A stretch of DNA of 64,000 nucleotides from IMG/VR virus record IMGVR_UViG_3300012983_000035, positions 40,796 through 104,795 of that record. One strand, given 5' to 3'. The notes beneath the pieces were generated by a model, which was given only the letters and a program-made list of their open reading frames with translations, did not search any database and was not told where the DNA came from. The position numbers and the translations under genes were made by a program. This document shows, piece after piece, positions 30,889 to 41,063 of this stretch (the stretch's first letter is position 1; each line of letters starts with the position of its first letter). This stretch comes from a virus (Duplodnaviria; Caudoviricetes).

Positions 30889-31239
30889 ATGAAAAAGAAC
30901 GATAAGCTTTTTCTAATGATTGCAGCAGTTGTAGCTGTAATCCTAGTATGTTTTGCACTTGTTAAGGGGTGCGAAAATGTAACAACTTGCTACGAAATGC
31001 GAGACGACAAAATGAGTCTCGTTAGAGGAGTAAGGGAAGGTCTCTATAGAGACGGAGATTATAAATGCGTCGAAAAAGATGCATATATGGTAGAATTGTT
31101 CCCATATGGATGTGTGGACAAGAATGATAAAGGGATTTATGATTATATGGTGGAATCTGATCGTTTGATCAAAGTCACCTGGTATAATGATAGTAGAACA
31201 GAAGTAAAATATACAGAATACTTCTCAGTATATTATTAA
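30889..31239 (+). CDS. Membrane-anchored or lipoprotein-like hypothetical protein
   Basis: GGGAGG SD; MKK + hydrophobic stretch ending in VKGC. Confidence 0.65.
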   Translation: MKKNDKLFLMIAAVVAVILVCFALVKGCENVTTCYEMRDDKMSLVRGVREGLYRDGDYKCVEKDAYMVELFPYGCVDKNDKGIYDYMVESDRLIKVTWYNDSRTEVKYTEYFSVYY

Positions 31240-31336
31240 TAGAATTATAACTGGTTGGAAAGGATTCTGACCAGTTATTTTTTCTTCAAAAACATCATAT
31301 TGTATTATTGTATAAAAGTATTAGGAGGAATTTAAT

Positions 31337-32071
31337 ATGGGAAAGAAATATATTTATACACATTGTAATTCCAATAGAAATGAGTTCTATACACAAGTAA
31401 ATAATGAGAGAGATCCTTATATTAATTGTTTTCCAACCAGTATGATAAATTGGGCTAAAGTCAATAAAATAAAATTACCTGATCCAATGGATTCTTCTAA
31501 ATCTGGTGGATATAAACAACCAGAGGATCAGTTTGATTGGTTTATGCATAATAATGAAGAAGTTATGGCATATGTTAATAATCTTAGATCTAGTACTCCT
31601 TGGATTAGAGAATACATTGATCATAATGGTGGAGATATTAGGGAACTTTGGGATGTTGAGGTATACGCTTTTAATAAATGGGTAGGCAAAGATGTAGCTA
31701 AAGTGAATTATAATCTATCTGTTAAAGATATTCTATATGAAATTCAACGAGGTAGAGCAATAGTTACTAGTGGACGTTTTTGTGAATTTTCACATGCTAT
31801 AACTATAGTTGGTTTTAAAGCTGAATTTGAATCTGTTGTCGCTGATAAAAATATAGATTTAATTGGCGACAATCTCTCATATGAAGTAGATGATAATAGA
31901 ATAGTTTTAAAAGAGTTTATACATCTCGATTCATACGGTAATCCAAATAAAAACTATAAACCAATTGGTGTAGATGGTTTTGATGTAATTATGGATAAAG
32001 AAAAGTTTTTATCTTGCATAAATAAAGGTGATTCTGAAAAACCAATTTATTATGGAATAGTTCTTTTATAA
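31337..32071 (+). CDS. Peptidase C39-like protein
   Basis: YTQ.NN...CFPTSM, HAITIVGF, HLDSYG; paralogous to the 8221 N-domain. Confidence 0.75.
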   Translation: MGKKYIYTHCNSNRNEFYTQVNNERDPYINCFPTSMINWAKVNKIKLPDPMDSSKSGGYKQPEDQFDWFMHNNEEVMAYVNNLRSSTPWIREYIDHNGGDIRELWDVEVYAFNKWVGKDVAKVNYNLSVKDILYEIQRGRAIVTSGRFCEFSHAITIVGFKAEFESVVADKNIDLIGDNLSYEVDDNRIVLKEFIHLDSYGNPNKNYKPIGVDGFDVIMDKEKFLSCINKGDSEKPIYYGIVLL

Positions 32072-32149
32072 AAATATAGCATATTATACATATAATTAGT
32101 ATAGTATTAGTTACGAAATACAAATATTTTTATAAGAGAGGTAATTGTT

Positions 32150-32578
32150 ATGACTGAAGAAAAACAATTAATCGAAAACCATGACTGTGATTCTTGTGCA
32201 TGTAAACGTGTAATCTTGAACACAACTAACCCTGTTGAAAAAGAAGATGGTGATGTATTTGAACGTATCAGTACAATGGTTAACAATACTGATCAACTTC
32301 TTAAGATCCCAGCTCCAGAAGCTTTCTCAGATAAAGATAGAGAAGCTTATTTCAAAGCCGTTATTGATAAACACAATGAAGCTCGCTGTTTATTATCAGA
32401 ATGGTGGACATCGATGATTAAGAAATATGGTATTCCTAATTTCTCTAAATTTGATGCATTTAATTGTGTTTTCTATTATTGTGAAAATGAAGACGGTACT
32501 GCTAATGTGTCTGGTGAATACATTCCAAAAGATAGCGAATGTGATTGTGAAGACGGATGCTGCGGTTGTAAGAAATAA
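32150..32578 (+). CDS. CXXX-repeat peptide modification system accessory protein-like
   Basis: SEWWTSMIKKYG..SKFDAFNCVFY resembles the WW..M..KY...F..C.IY signature; Cys-rich termini. Confidence 0.55.
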   Translation: MTEEKQLIENHDCDSCACKRVILNTTNPVEKEDGDVFERISTMVNNTDQLLKIPAPEAFSDKDREAYFKAVIDKHNEARCLLSEWWTSMIKKYGIPNFSKFDAFNCVFYYCENEDGTANVSGEYIPKDSECDCEDGCCGCKK

Positions 32579-32728
32579 TATTTCTTAATTATTCTTAAAC
32601 AAATGAACTGCTCCTTGTTTGGAGCAGTTTTTATTTTTTATATATCAAATAACGTTATAATACGTGTTGTATGAATGGGTTTATCTATTATTTGGATTAT
32701 ATATTATATAATTGATATGGAGGAACCT

Positions 32729-32959
32729 ATGAGAGAACATCATGATTTTGGAAAACGAGCAGTAATTAATACTGAGAATTCTATTATGCGTAGAATAATG
32801 ATAAAACGATTTATATTATCAAACACAGTAGAGTCGAATAAGATCCCCATAGATGAAGAAATGGAAACTGAATTTGATAACCTGTGTGATACATTCGGAT
32901 GTGTTGGTCCTGAAAAAGATAGATTGAAAGATAAACTTCAACCTATGTTACGTAGATAA
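32729..32959 (+). CDS. Small hypothetical protein
   Basis: GGAGG SD before ATG 32729; early motif at 32700. Confidence 0.65.
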   Translation: MREHHDFGKRAVINTENSIMRRIMIKRFILSNTVESNKIPIDEEMETEFDNLCDTFGCVGPEKDRLKDKLQPMLRR

Positions 32960-32990
32960 TAAAAACGGTTAATGGGAGAATTATATAACG

Positions 32991-35450
32991 ATGGCAAAGA
33001 AAAGTAAGAATGAAGAGATCGAAGTAGATGTTGCTAGAGATTATAATGAAGATATCGATATGATTGATGCTGCTAGACGAAATATCTTCAGATATGCTCT
33101 TGAGACATTTACTCGTGCGTTCCCAAGTGCATATGATGGGTTAAAACCTGTTCATCGTAGGATCTTACATTCTATGTACGAGAACAAGTATTTTAATTTT
33201 ACAAAGGTAGCTGCTATCAGTGGTGGCGTTCTGCTAGCAAGTCATCCGCATGGTAGCAGCTCTGTTGAAGATGCTCTAGTACGTATGGCACAACCTTGGG
33301 TAATGAATTATCCTTATATCGAAGGTAAAGGAAACTTTGGTACACAGGATGGAGATGGTGCAGCAGCAGCACGTTATATTGAAGCTAAGTTATCTCAATT
33401 TGCTAGAAAAGTTATCTTTGATGATTTAGATGACGTTTCAGTTAATTATATTGATAACTATAATTTCACTAGAAAGATTCCGGATTATTTCCCTACTCGT
33501 ATACCATTGGTATTAGTTAATGGTATTGATGGTTTGGGTGAAGCATTCCGTGTATCTATTCCACCTCACAATTTAAATGATATAGCTGATATTTGTATCA
33601 AATATATTAAGAATAAGAATATAGCTAATGAAGTTCTCGTCGATGGATTATTCCCTGATTTCCCAACTGGCGGAGAAATAACAAATGGAGAAGCATTAGT
33701 TAAGTTTTATAAAGAAGGTGTTCCTACTAGTATAAATATTAGAGGTAAAGCTAATCTTGATAGAGATACGAATACAATCGTTCTTACAGAATTTCCATAT
33801 GGTGTAGATCGTGATAACGTTATGATAGCTGTTATTGATGGCATTAAGAATAACAATATGATTCTTAGTGGAATTGAAATCGATAGCATTCAAGACGTAA
33901 ACTATCATGATGATAGTGCTAACGAAGGCACACATTTGTCTATTGGAAAAAGTAGTAAGAAAAAGGATAAAACATACGAATACCGCTGTAAGAAAGACAG
34001 CAGTATGGTTGAAATTTTGAATGAAATGTATAAGGTTACTCCATTTAAAAGCAGCTTTGTACTTTCATTTATGATAAATCAAAATGGATATCCAGTATAC
34101 GTTACTGTTAAGGATATTGTCGAGCAATGGTATAAAATTCGTTTCGATAGTAAACGTCGAAAGCACACGTCTAACATTTCCGACAGCGTTAACAGAAAAC
34201 ACGTATACGAAGGAATCTTAAGTGCTTATCCTAAAATCGAAGATATAATCAAAATAATTAGATCTTCAAAAGGTGATAGAGACGCGATTATCACTGAATT
34301 AAAGGATAAGATCGGGTTAACAAAAGTCCAAGCAAAAGGTATAGCAGATATGAGTTTAATCTCATTGTCTGGATTAGGAAAACAGGAGTTAAAGAACAGA
34401 ATAGCTTCGCTTGGAAATATCATTGATGAAAACGAATATGCGTTAACACATATCGATGATATAATAATTTCTGAACTTGAAGAACTTAAGCGTATGTTCG
34501 GTAGACCAAGAAGAACAACTATCACAATGAATTTAAGTGAACATATTTCATCTAAGATTGAAATATCAAAAGGTTCATTTATATGGAGTAGAACTTCTAT
34601 CGGATTGTACGATGCAAATGGTGTAAAAGATTCTAGAAATATTCTAACAGGACTTAAAGCTGTTAAGCTTTTTGGTAGAAACGTACGAGAAATAACGGGC
34701 GGTGTAGCCTTGAAAAACAACCCGATAGGTTTTGTAGTATGTTACGATAATGGTGGAATTAATAGAATTGAAATGAGCACATTTAGAGTTCTCAATGCGT
34801 GGTTCGAGATTACACAACAAGAACCTTTTATAACGTGTGCTACCCCTATATACGATGAAGACGATGTTTTGATTTGTATGACTAATGATAACAAAATTAA
34901 ACGCTTAAGTGTATCTGAAGTTAAGGGGAAACGAATTTTAAACACAGGGTCTGTCATAAAGAGCATATATTGCTACAATGAAGACTTGTGTAAAGGATGT
35001 GAAAACGTCCTTATGGTTAGTTCCTCTGGTACATATAACATGTGTCAGATTGATGATATACCTGTGCTTGGAAGAACTGCTTCTGGCGTTAAAACCGCAT
35101 TTGATGATACAGATAGATCTAGTGTAACGATTTTGTGTGTTCATGAAGAAGTATTTGATAGTGATAGAGTTGTTGTAACAACATATGATTCATCAGATAA
35201 TCAGAATTACATAACAAATATTCCGTTATCAGATTTAAAATTGTCATCCAGAACAGTTAAACCGAAGGTTTTGGGTGTTCCTAAAACACACATTGTTACA
35301 AGTGTGAATTTGATAGATGTATCAGACAGAGATACCCAGCTTTGTATGATAGGAAAATCATCTACATCAAGTTTAAATATAAGCAATTTCAAAAAGCCTT
35401 ATGAGGATAAAAGATTGTTTATAACTGTAACAAGTTCAACACAAATCTAA
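32991..35450 (+). CDS. gyrA: Type IIA topoisomerase subunit A (GyrA/ParC-like) with pinwheel CTD
   Basis: DGLKPVHRRIL, HPHG, GNFG..DGDGAAAARY (catalytic Tyr), IPPHNL, PDFPTGG, GRTASGVK. Confidence 0.92.
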   Translation: MAKKSKNEEIEVDVARDYNEDIDMIDAARRNIFRYALETFTRAFPSAYDGLKPVHRRILHSMYENKYFNFTKVAAISGGVLLASHPHGSSSVEDALVRMAQPWVMNYPYIEGKGNFGTQDGDGAAAARYIEAKLSQFARKVIFDDLDDVSVNYIDNYNFTRKIPDYFPTRIPLVLVNGIDGLGEAFRVSIPPHNLNDIADICIKYIKNKNIANEVLVDGLFPDFPTGGEITNGEALVKFYKEGVPTSINIRGKANLDRDTNTIVLTEFPYGVDRDNVMIAVIDGIKNNNMILSGIEIDSIQDVNYHDDSANEGTHLSIGKSSKKKDKTYEYRCKKDSSMVEILNEMYKVTPFKSSFVLSFMINQNGYPVYVTVKDIVEQWYKIRFDSKRRKHTSNISDSVNRKHVYEGILSAYPKIEDIIKIIRSSKGDRDAIITELKDKIGLTKVQAKGIADMSLISLSGLGKQELKNRIASLGNIIDENEYALTHIDDIIISELEELKRMFGRPRRTTITMNLSEHISSKIEISKGSFIWSRTSIGLYDANGVKDSRNILTGLKAVKLFGRNVREITGGVALKNNPIGFVVCYDNGGINRIEMSTFRVLNAWFEITQQEPFITCATPIYDEDDVLICMTNDNKIKRLSVSEVKGKRILNTGSVIKSIYCYNEDLCKGCENVLMVSSSGTYNMCQIDDIPVLGRTASGVKTAFDDTDRSSVTILCVHEEVFDSDRVVVTTYDSSDNQNYITNIPLSDLKLSSRTVKPKVLGVPKTHIVTSVNLIDVSDRDTQLCMIGKSSTSSLNISNFKKPYEDKRLFITVTSSTQI

Positions 35451-35545
35451 TAAATATTTTGTAGGAAGATTCTATCTCTCATTTCGCGTCATGAGATTTA
35501 GAAATCTTTCCTCAAAGTATTTTATTTTTTATAGCGAGGTGCGTT

Positions 35546-35713
35546 ATGTGTGACGATCCTACAAAAGGAACCGCTAATAGTCAGGTCATAAGTGCGTATG
35601 ATCCTAATAATCCAGATTTTAGTCCGGAGAAAGATTGTCCCCAAGCTAGGGGCGCGGCTTATAATTATGATATCATGAGTAATGATAACAAGCCAATTGA
35701 GGAGAATAAATGA
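35546..35713 (+). CDS. Small hypothetical protein (55 aa, not in ORF track)
   Basis: GAGG SD; MCDDPTKG...IEENK*; ATGA overlap with next ORF. Confidence 0.55.
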   Translation: MCDDPTKGTANSQVISAYDPNNPDFSPEKDCPQARGAAYNYDIMSNDNKPIEENK

Positions 35714-35817
35714 AAAATATAATTAAAATATTGCCGTACATATATCTAATTATACTTTTCATTATATTTATAGTAAATCTGTTTATATTGTGGACAGAAA
35801 ATAAACGCAAGAAATAG
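35710..35817 (+). CDS. Small single-TM peptide (35 aa)
   Basis: GAGGAG SD; MKNIIKILPYIYLIILFIIFIVNLFILWTENKRKK*. Confidence 0.6.
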   Translation: MKNIIKILPYIYLIILFIIFIVNLFILWTENKRKK

Positions 35818-35838
35818 TTTTAGTGAGTGGAGGAAAAA

Positions 35839-36156
35839 ATGGATTATTTAATCCTTGTTATTATCTTTTTGATAATCTTTGTTGTGATTTCATTTATTTC
35901 AAATTTAATCACAAGTGTTATTATTAGTAGAAAAGTGAATCGTCTTATTGATTTGACTGGGCCATTGGGTTCAAAGTTAAACGATATCGAATTTCGTAAT
36001 GTAGATGTTTTAAGACGTATCGATAGACGTTGTGATGCAATTGATCAAAGAACTAAAGCTCATCTGAATAAAAAGAAACCTCAGAATAAGCATAAGAATG
36101 TGAAAAATAAGACGATACAAAATAATTTCAATAAATCATCATATTCAGAGGATTAA
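35839..36156 (+). CDS. N-terminal TM protein with basic tail
   Basis: GGAGG SD; TM helix then K/N-rich C-terminus. Confidence 0.65.
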   Translation: MDYLILVIIFLIIFVVISFISNLITSVIISRKVNRLIDLTGPLGSKLNDIEFRNVDVLRRIDRRCDAIDQRTKAHLNKKKPQNKHKNVKNKTIQNNFNKSSYSED

Positions 36157-36157
36157 T

Positions 36158-36703
36158 GTGAAAAGAAAAATATTATCTTTAATTCTTTTGTTTACAATGT
36201 TTTTACCGATATTCTCCAATGAAGTTATACGGATTAACATTGGTGACGAAATATATGAAAGAGAATACCCCGATACAGTAGAAGAATATAGAAAATTGGT
36301 TGATGGGTTAGTAGATATGTACAATGATCTTAATTCAGATTATTTGATATATCTAGATAATGACGAAAGAAGTTCTGATGAATTGAGAAATCTTATAAGT
36401 GCTCTTGAAAATGATAATAATAGATTAAAATCTGATATTTATAAACTTTCAGACGAATATGCTGCTTATAAGAAAAGCGTAGATAAATTACTAAAAACGA
36501 ATTCTAAATTTACCTTATTTACTTCTATCGGACCTGCTATTTCTAATAAAAGTGGAATAGGAATACAATCTGATTTTATATTTGATTTTAGATTATTTAG
36601 AAATTTGCATTTTGGTTTAAACGCAGGTTTGAGTGTATATAATAATAATGAGGTGCTAATAGAAGGTCGTTTTGGCCTGGTGTTAGGATATTCTATTTAT
36701 TAA
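36158..36703 (+). CDS. Signal peptide + coiled coil + C-terminal beta-strands (outer-membrane-anchor-like)
   Basis: MKRKILSLILLF...; heptad region; four amphipathic strands ending FGLVLGYSIY. Confidence 0.6.
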   Translation: MKRKILSLILLFTMFLPIFSNEVIRINIGDEIYEREYPDTVEEYRKLVDGLVDMYNDLNSDYLIYLDNDERSSDELRNLISALENDNNRLKSDIYKLSDEYAAYKKSVDKLLKTNSKFTLFTSIGPAISNKSGIGIQSDFIFDFRLFRNLHFGLNAGLSVYNNNEVLIEGRFGLVLGYSIY

Positions 36704-36724
36704 ATATATTATTGGAGGTAAGTA

Positions 36725-37876
36725 ATGGAACAAGCAAAAGAATCCGTTACAAAAAGCCGATTTAAGATCGGTTTAGTTGGAGTTGGACAGGGAGGTTCAT
36801 CGGTAGCACAGTCAGTTGCAAAAGGTCTTGGGATTGACTATAAAAACGTAGTGTCAGTAAATTTAAGTGATGCCGATTTACAGGGAACAAGACTTATCCC
36901 TAAAGAAAACCAGATCCTTCTCGACAAAAATCGTTTTGGTGCTGGTAAAAATCGCGAAGTGTCTAAATCTTATGCTCTTGAGAAAAAGGATTTTCTTAAA
37001 GAGAAATTAAGTGCACTCCTAGGAAAAGATACAGGTATTAATTTGATCTACGTTATCTACAGTATCGATGGAGGTACAGGATCAGGAATTGGACCTTATC
37101 TTACAGCTCTTATGGAAAGTGATGGATTTGATAAATCAAACGGATGTATCACTTGTGGTTTACCGATTTTACCAGATCAGAATGCAGGTAAAATTGGATT
37201 GGAAAATGCTATTAAAGCATTGAACGAAATCAGTAATCTTTCAAAAGGAAAGGTTGCTAGATTTATGCTTATTGACAACAACCATTCTTCAGAAATCAAG
37301 GACGATGTTGTTAGATGGCAGTCTGTCAATGCAGAAGTAGTTCGAATGCTTAAGAGATATTTGTTAACAAGCTATATCTCACAGACTTCGAATTTGGATT
37401 TCGAAGATCGTTTTGTTGCAATGCGTGTACCTGGCTGTCATGCCCTTTGTACATTCAATCCAACAGAAGAATTTCCATCAGCAATGTCACCATTTGTATT
37501 ACCAGAAGGTGCACGTGTAGATAGAATGGCTTCTGAAATTCCTGAAGGATGCTCAGAAGTTCGTGGAAAACTCATTGCTAATATTGGATGTAATGTTGAT
37601 GAACCAAATATGGTTGGTTACTATGATCCGAACGAAGAGGGAGCAATTCCTATAGTACATTTAGCAGGTTTCTCAAATCTATCTAAAATTACAGAGAGAT
37701 ACCAAGGATGGTTCTCTGAAATCCGTCAGCGTGCAGAAGCAGCAGCAAAAGTAGATGCTTCAAAAGGTACTGGTTTCGCTAGTATTAGTGAAAACGACAA
37801 ATGGCTTGAATCACAGTCAGAAACAAGAACAACTTGTTCTGATGAAGATTTATTCAATTTGCTGGGAAACAATTAG
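36725..37876 (+). CDS. phuZ: Tubulin/FtsZ-family protein (PhuZ/TubZ-like)
   Basis: GVGQGG, GAGKN, SIDGGTGSGIG tubulin signature, LIDNN, NLDFED. Confidence 0.88.
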   Translation: MEQAKESVTKSRFKIGLVGVGQGGSSVAQSVAKGLGIDYKNVVSVNLSDADLQGTRLIPKENQILLDKNRFGAGKNREVSKSYALEKKDFLKEKLSALLGKDTGINLIYVIYSIDGGTGSGIGPYLTALMESDGFDKSNGCITCGLPILPDQNAGKIGLENAIKALNEISNLSKGKVARFMLIDNNHSSEIKDDVVRWQSVNAEVVRMLKRYLLTSYISQTSNLDFEDRFVAMRVPGCHALCTFNPTEEFPSAMSPFVLPEGARVDRMASEIPEGCSEVRGKLIANIGCNVDEPNMVGYYDPNEEGAIPIVHLAGFSNLSKITERYQGWFSEIRQRAEAAAKVDASKGTGFASISENDKWLESQSETRTTCSDEDLFNLLGNN

Positions 37877-37984
37877 TGCCTCAGGAAACAAGATCTGTGC
37901 GTAAGCGTAAAATAAACATAGGTCTTGTTTCTATTTTTATTTAAACTGGTATTAAAACTAGTTAATATTATAGTGGAGGCAAAT

Positions 37985-38611
37985 ATGGCTAAAACAAAAT
38001 ATTCAGGAACAATTATTGTTCTTGACAATAAACTAAGTACATTCGGAGCAGATAGAAGTTCTTTAGAGTGTATGAAAATTTTCAAAAATGGAAAAGTAAC
38101 TGTAGTTGGTACATCTTTTGAAAATATAAATAAGGAAACAAGTTGTGTTCCAGTTAGATTAACTCTTGATCCAAAAGATGAAAGTCAAGACTGGACTAAA
38201 TACGGAAGCCCTATTGAAGAAATCAGCTTTGGGAATATCGTTAGATATTTCCCAATATCTACATTTAAATTTGATAAATCTAATAAGAAAGAAACTATTA
38301 CACTTTCTTATCCAGATTTTGAAATCGATTTACAGGTTGCTTATGAATCTCAGCCTGTAGATAACACAGTATACACAGAACCAGAGTCTAAGGAGGACAA
38401 TATTATGTGTGAAAATGAAACAGTAGAATCCGTTGTAGAAACTGTAGAAGCAACAGCAGTGGAACAGAAAAAGAAATTGCCTAAATGGGCAATTGGAGCA
38501 GCAATCGGCGCAGCTGTGGTGACAACAGCTGCTATCGTCACAGGAGTTATTCTTAAGAACAAGAATAAAGATAAAGACTGCGGCGAATGCACAGAAGAAG
38601 TTGCTGAATAA
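37985..38611 (+). CDS. Hypothetical protein with C-terminal TM; possible internal in-frame start at 38405
   Basis: GGAGG SD at 37975; second AGGAGG SD at 38391; terminator at 38614-38648. Confidence 0.7.
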   Translation: MAKTKYSGTIIVLDNKLSTFGADRSSLECMKIFKNGKVTVVGTSFENINKETSCVPVRLTLDPKDESQDWTKYGSPIEEISFGNIVRYFPISTFKFDKSNKKETITLSYPDFEIDLQVAYESQPVDNTVYTEPESKEDNIMCENETVESVVETVEATAVEQKKKLPKWAIGAAIGAAVVTTAAIVTGVILKNKNKDKDCGECTEEVAE

Positions 38612-38718
38612 AATAAAAGGGTGGAATTTATCCACCCTTTTATTTTTTTATATTTTGACATTAAAATGACTAAAATTTATAATTGATATAGAAATATATA
38701 ACTCTATGGAGGAAATGT

Positions 38719-40143
38719 ATGGCAAACTTAACCTCAGTAACAGGTTTCTACTATCAGATAGGTAGCATAGATTATCCTTTAAACTTTTCACCAGACGATA
38801 AGTTTGGTTTTGACAGTGAAGGACAAGAAAACGCAGTTTTCAAATATTCTATAAATGATGTGGAAAAAGCTGTAACTAGATGTAGAACTTTAACAAAAAG
38901 AGCAGCTTATAACCCAGCAAACACAAGCATTATCTTAGCAGATAACTCAGAAGGTTTGCTAACAAATGTTGATATTAATTCTGATGATTCTTCTACTGAA
39001 TTGGAAGCATGGAATGCCGCTTTTAAGATCATGGAGTATCTTTATAACAATCAGTCTTCATCAGGAAATAACCCATTAACATCAGGTTATATTTCTTATG
39101 GCGATGAAATGTTAGGTAATCCATCTAATAACAATGAACACTATGTTCCAAACTATGTTGTTAACTCATTGGCGGTTCAAGGTTCTACTCACCAACAACG
39201 TTTACAGTGGGCTAGATTCTCTGTATCAGGATTCACAGGAACAGGAAACGTAACATTCTTCATTTACTTTGATGCTGATGCTTTTGTTGAACGATCTGAA
39301 AATGTATCTTATAAGGTATATAGATACGAGGATATTGATTCTCCAAACGATCAAATCTCAGCAGGAGAATTCAAATCACAGATTATCAGTAAACAATTCG
39401 ATATTCTTTCTTCTGGTAAATATAAAACATGGGGAGAATTAGTAGTAGATAAAGTTCTTTCAGATACAGAAACTATAGAAGAACAGTTCTTTATTTATTC
39501 ATCAGTTATGGTCGAATTAACTGACGATATAAAGAAGACACAAGTTAAATCTTATCTTCTTGATAAATATCCTGAAGATATGACTTATCTTAGATACACA
39601 TATCCTACACTTTTCTCTGAAAACGAAATCAGAATTATCCCTGTGTATGACAATAGTGTTGAAACTACAACTGGAAATGCTCACATAGTTCATCCTTTAT
39701 CTATTTTAAAACTTTCTTCAGTATTAACTCAGTTTGGTTTCTCTATACAATCAACAAACTCTGATTATAGACCTACTGAAATATTCTATGTTGGTCCAGG
39801 AGCAGGATGGAATCCAGGAAATGAATTTAGATTTAACTTCCCATTGATTGCTGTTGAAGTAGATACTGCATCAGGTATTGTTTTACCTATTTCAAAACGT
39901 TTCCCATCATATCGTCCAATTTATGGTGAAAATGATGGTGGAGAAGCAGCTGAATTCCACTTTATCTTGATTGTAATTCTTGGATATCTAATGGGATTGA
40001 ATCAAGCATTAACAGATGAATTTAAGAGACAGTATAGTGTAAATGATAAAGTAGATGACGTTATAAAACGTAAAGTTGTAACATTTACATTCTCTGGTAA
40101 CATTTGGACTATATATGGACCATTAACTGCTGCTACTGCTTAA
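38719..40143 (+). CDS. Putative virion structural protein
   Basis: Late motif at 38658; GGAGG SD; YPTLFSENEIRIIPVY segment. Confidence 0.55.
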   Translation: MANLTSVTGFYYQIGSIDYPLNFSPDDKFGFDSEGQENAVFKYSINDVEKAVTRCRTLTKRAAYNPANTSIILADNSEGLLTNVDINSDDSSTELEAWNAAFKIMEYLYNNQSSSGNNPLTSGYISYGDEMLGNPSNNNEHYVPNYVVNSLAVQGSTHQQRLQWARFSVSGFTGTGNVTFFIYFDADAFVERSENVSYKVYRYEDIDSPNDQISAGEFKSQIISKQFDILSSGKYKTWGELVVDKVLSDTETIEEQFFIYSSVMVELTDDIKKTQVKSYLLDKYPEDMTYLRYTYPTLFSENEIRIIPVYDNSVETTTGNAHIVHPLSILKLSSVLTQFGFSIQSTNSDYRPTEIFYVGPGAGWNPGNEFRFNFPLIAVEVDTASGIVLPISKRFPSYRPIYGENDGGEAAEFHFILIVILGYLMGLNQALTDEFKRQYSVNDKVDDVIKRKVVTFTFSGNIWTIYGPLTAATA

Positions 40144-40155
40144 TGAGGAGTTTGT

Positions 40156-41007
40156 ATGGCATCTGATTTAAAGGTACAGTCATGCTATCATATAAAACTC
40201 GTTAATCCATGGTTAGATAAAGAATACAACGTTCGAATAACAGGTATAGCAAATATAAATACTTTGACTGAACTTGATCCTGCTGCTAATATTAAAAAAG
40301 AATTTTTTAATAATTACAATATCCCTATTAGCAAGTATCTTTTATTGATAACTAATTCTACTTTGATTTACGTTTGTCAACCGATAAAAGAGTACGATCC
40401 TGTTGTCTTTGATGAAGATAAAAAAGTATTTATTCCTGAAACTTTAATCGACTATTCTGAAACTTTTGAATATATTGAAGCTAAAAGATATGCTTTTGAT
40501 GTATCTACTGGAGTTAAAAGCTTTAATAATATTCTTGATGAAAATGATTTCTTAGAGACAGCAACAGAGTCAATAAGAAAATCTGTGAATAATATAGATC
40601 ATTTCGTTGCGGATAGTTTATCTGTTAGAGTACATACAACAGATGTTTTAACAACACAAGATAAGCTTGATGATATTGAAACTGAAAGATCTAGAATAGT
40701 CGATAATAAGAATATGGCGTTGAAACAAAATAAAGATAATGTAGAGGCAATGGAACGCAATTTGTATAGTAAAACTAAAGAAGCTGAACGTTCTTATAAA
40801 AAGTATGAAGATGCTAGAGAACAAATAGTTTCACAAATGAATTCTATAAATGCACTACAAGCTTTAAATGAACAAGAAAACTTTAATCTAACTAAGATAA
40901 AGAATAATATGATAGAAATAATAAATAAAATTAGGGATGGAGAATATTCTCCTGAATCATTCCCTACATTTGATGAACTTTACGACGAAGTTGTAAATGG
41001 TAAATAA
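40156..41007 (+). CDS. Putative virion protein with C-terminal coiled coil
   Basis: GAGGAG SD; heptad-rich C-terminus. Confidence 0.55.
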   Translation: MASDLKVQSCYHIKLVNPWLDKEYNVRITGIANINTLTELDPAANIKKEFFNNYNIPISKYLLLITNSTLIYVCQPIKEYDPVVFDEDKKVFIPETLIDYSETFEYIEAKRYAFDVSTGVKSFNNILDENDFLETATESIRKSVNNIDHFVADSLSVRVHTTDVLTTQDKLDDIETERSRIVDNKNMALKQNKDNVEAMERNLYSKTKEAERSYKKYEDAREQIVSQMNSINALQALNEQENFNLTKIKNNMIEIINKIRDGEYSPESFPTFDELYDEVVNGK

Positions 41008-41011
41008 AAAA

Positions 41012-41043
41012 TAAACACGGAGGTTTTATCCTCCGTGTTTTTA
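41012..41043. terminator. Bidirectional terminator between convergent genes
   Basis: aaacacggagg-tttt-atcctccgtgttt flanked by A and T runs. Confidence 0.8.
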
Positions 41044-41063
41044 ATTTTGTAATAGATTATATA

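Noticed and set aside
35461-35530. Long imperfect hairpin after gyrA as a separate ncRNA
   Set aside because: Followed by a T-rich tract; adequately explained as a terminator or 3' stabiliser
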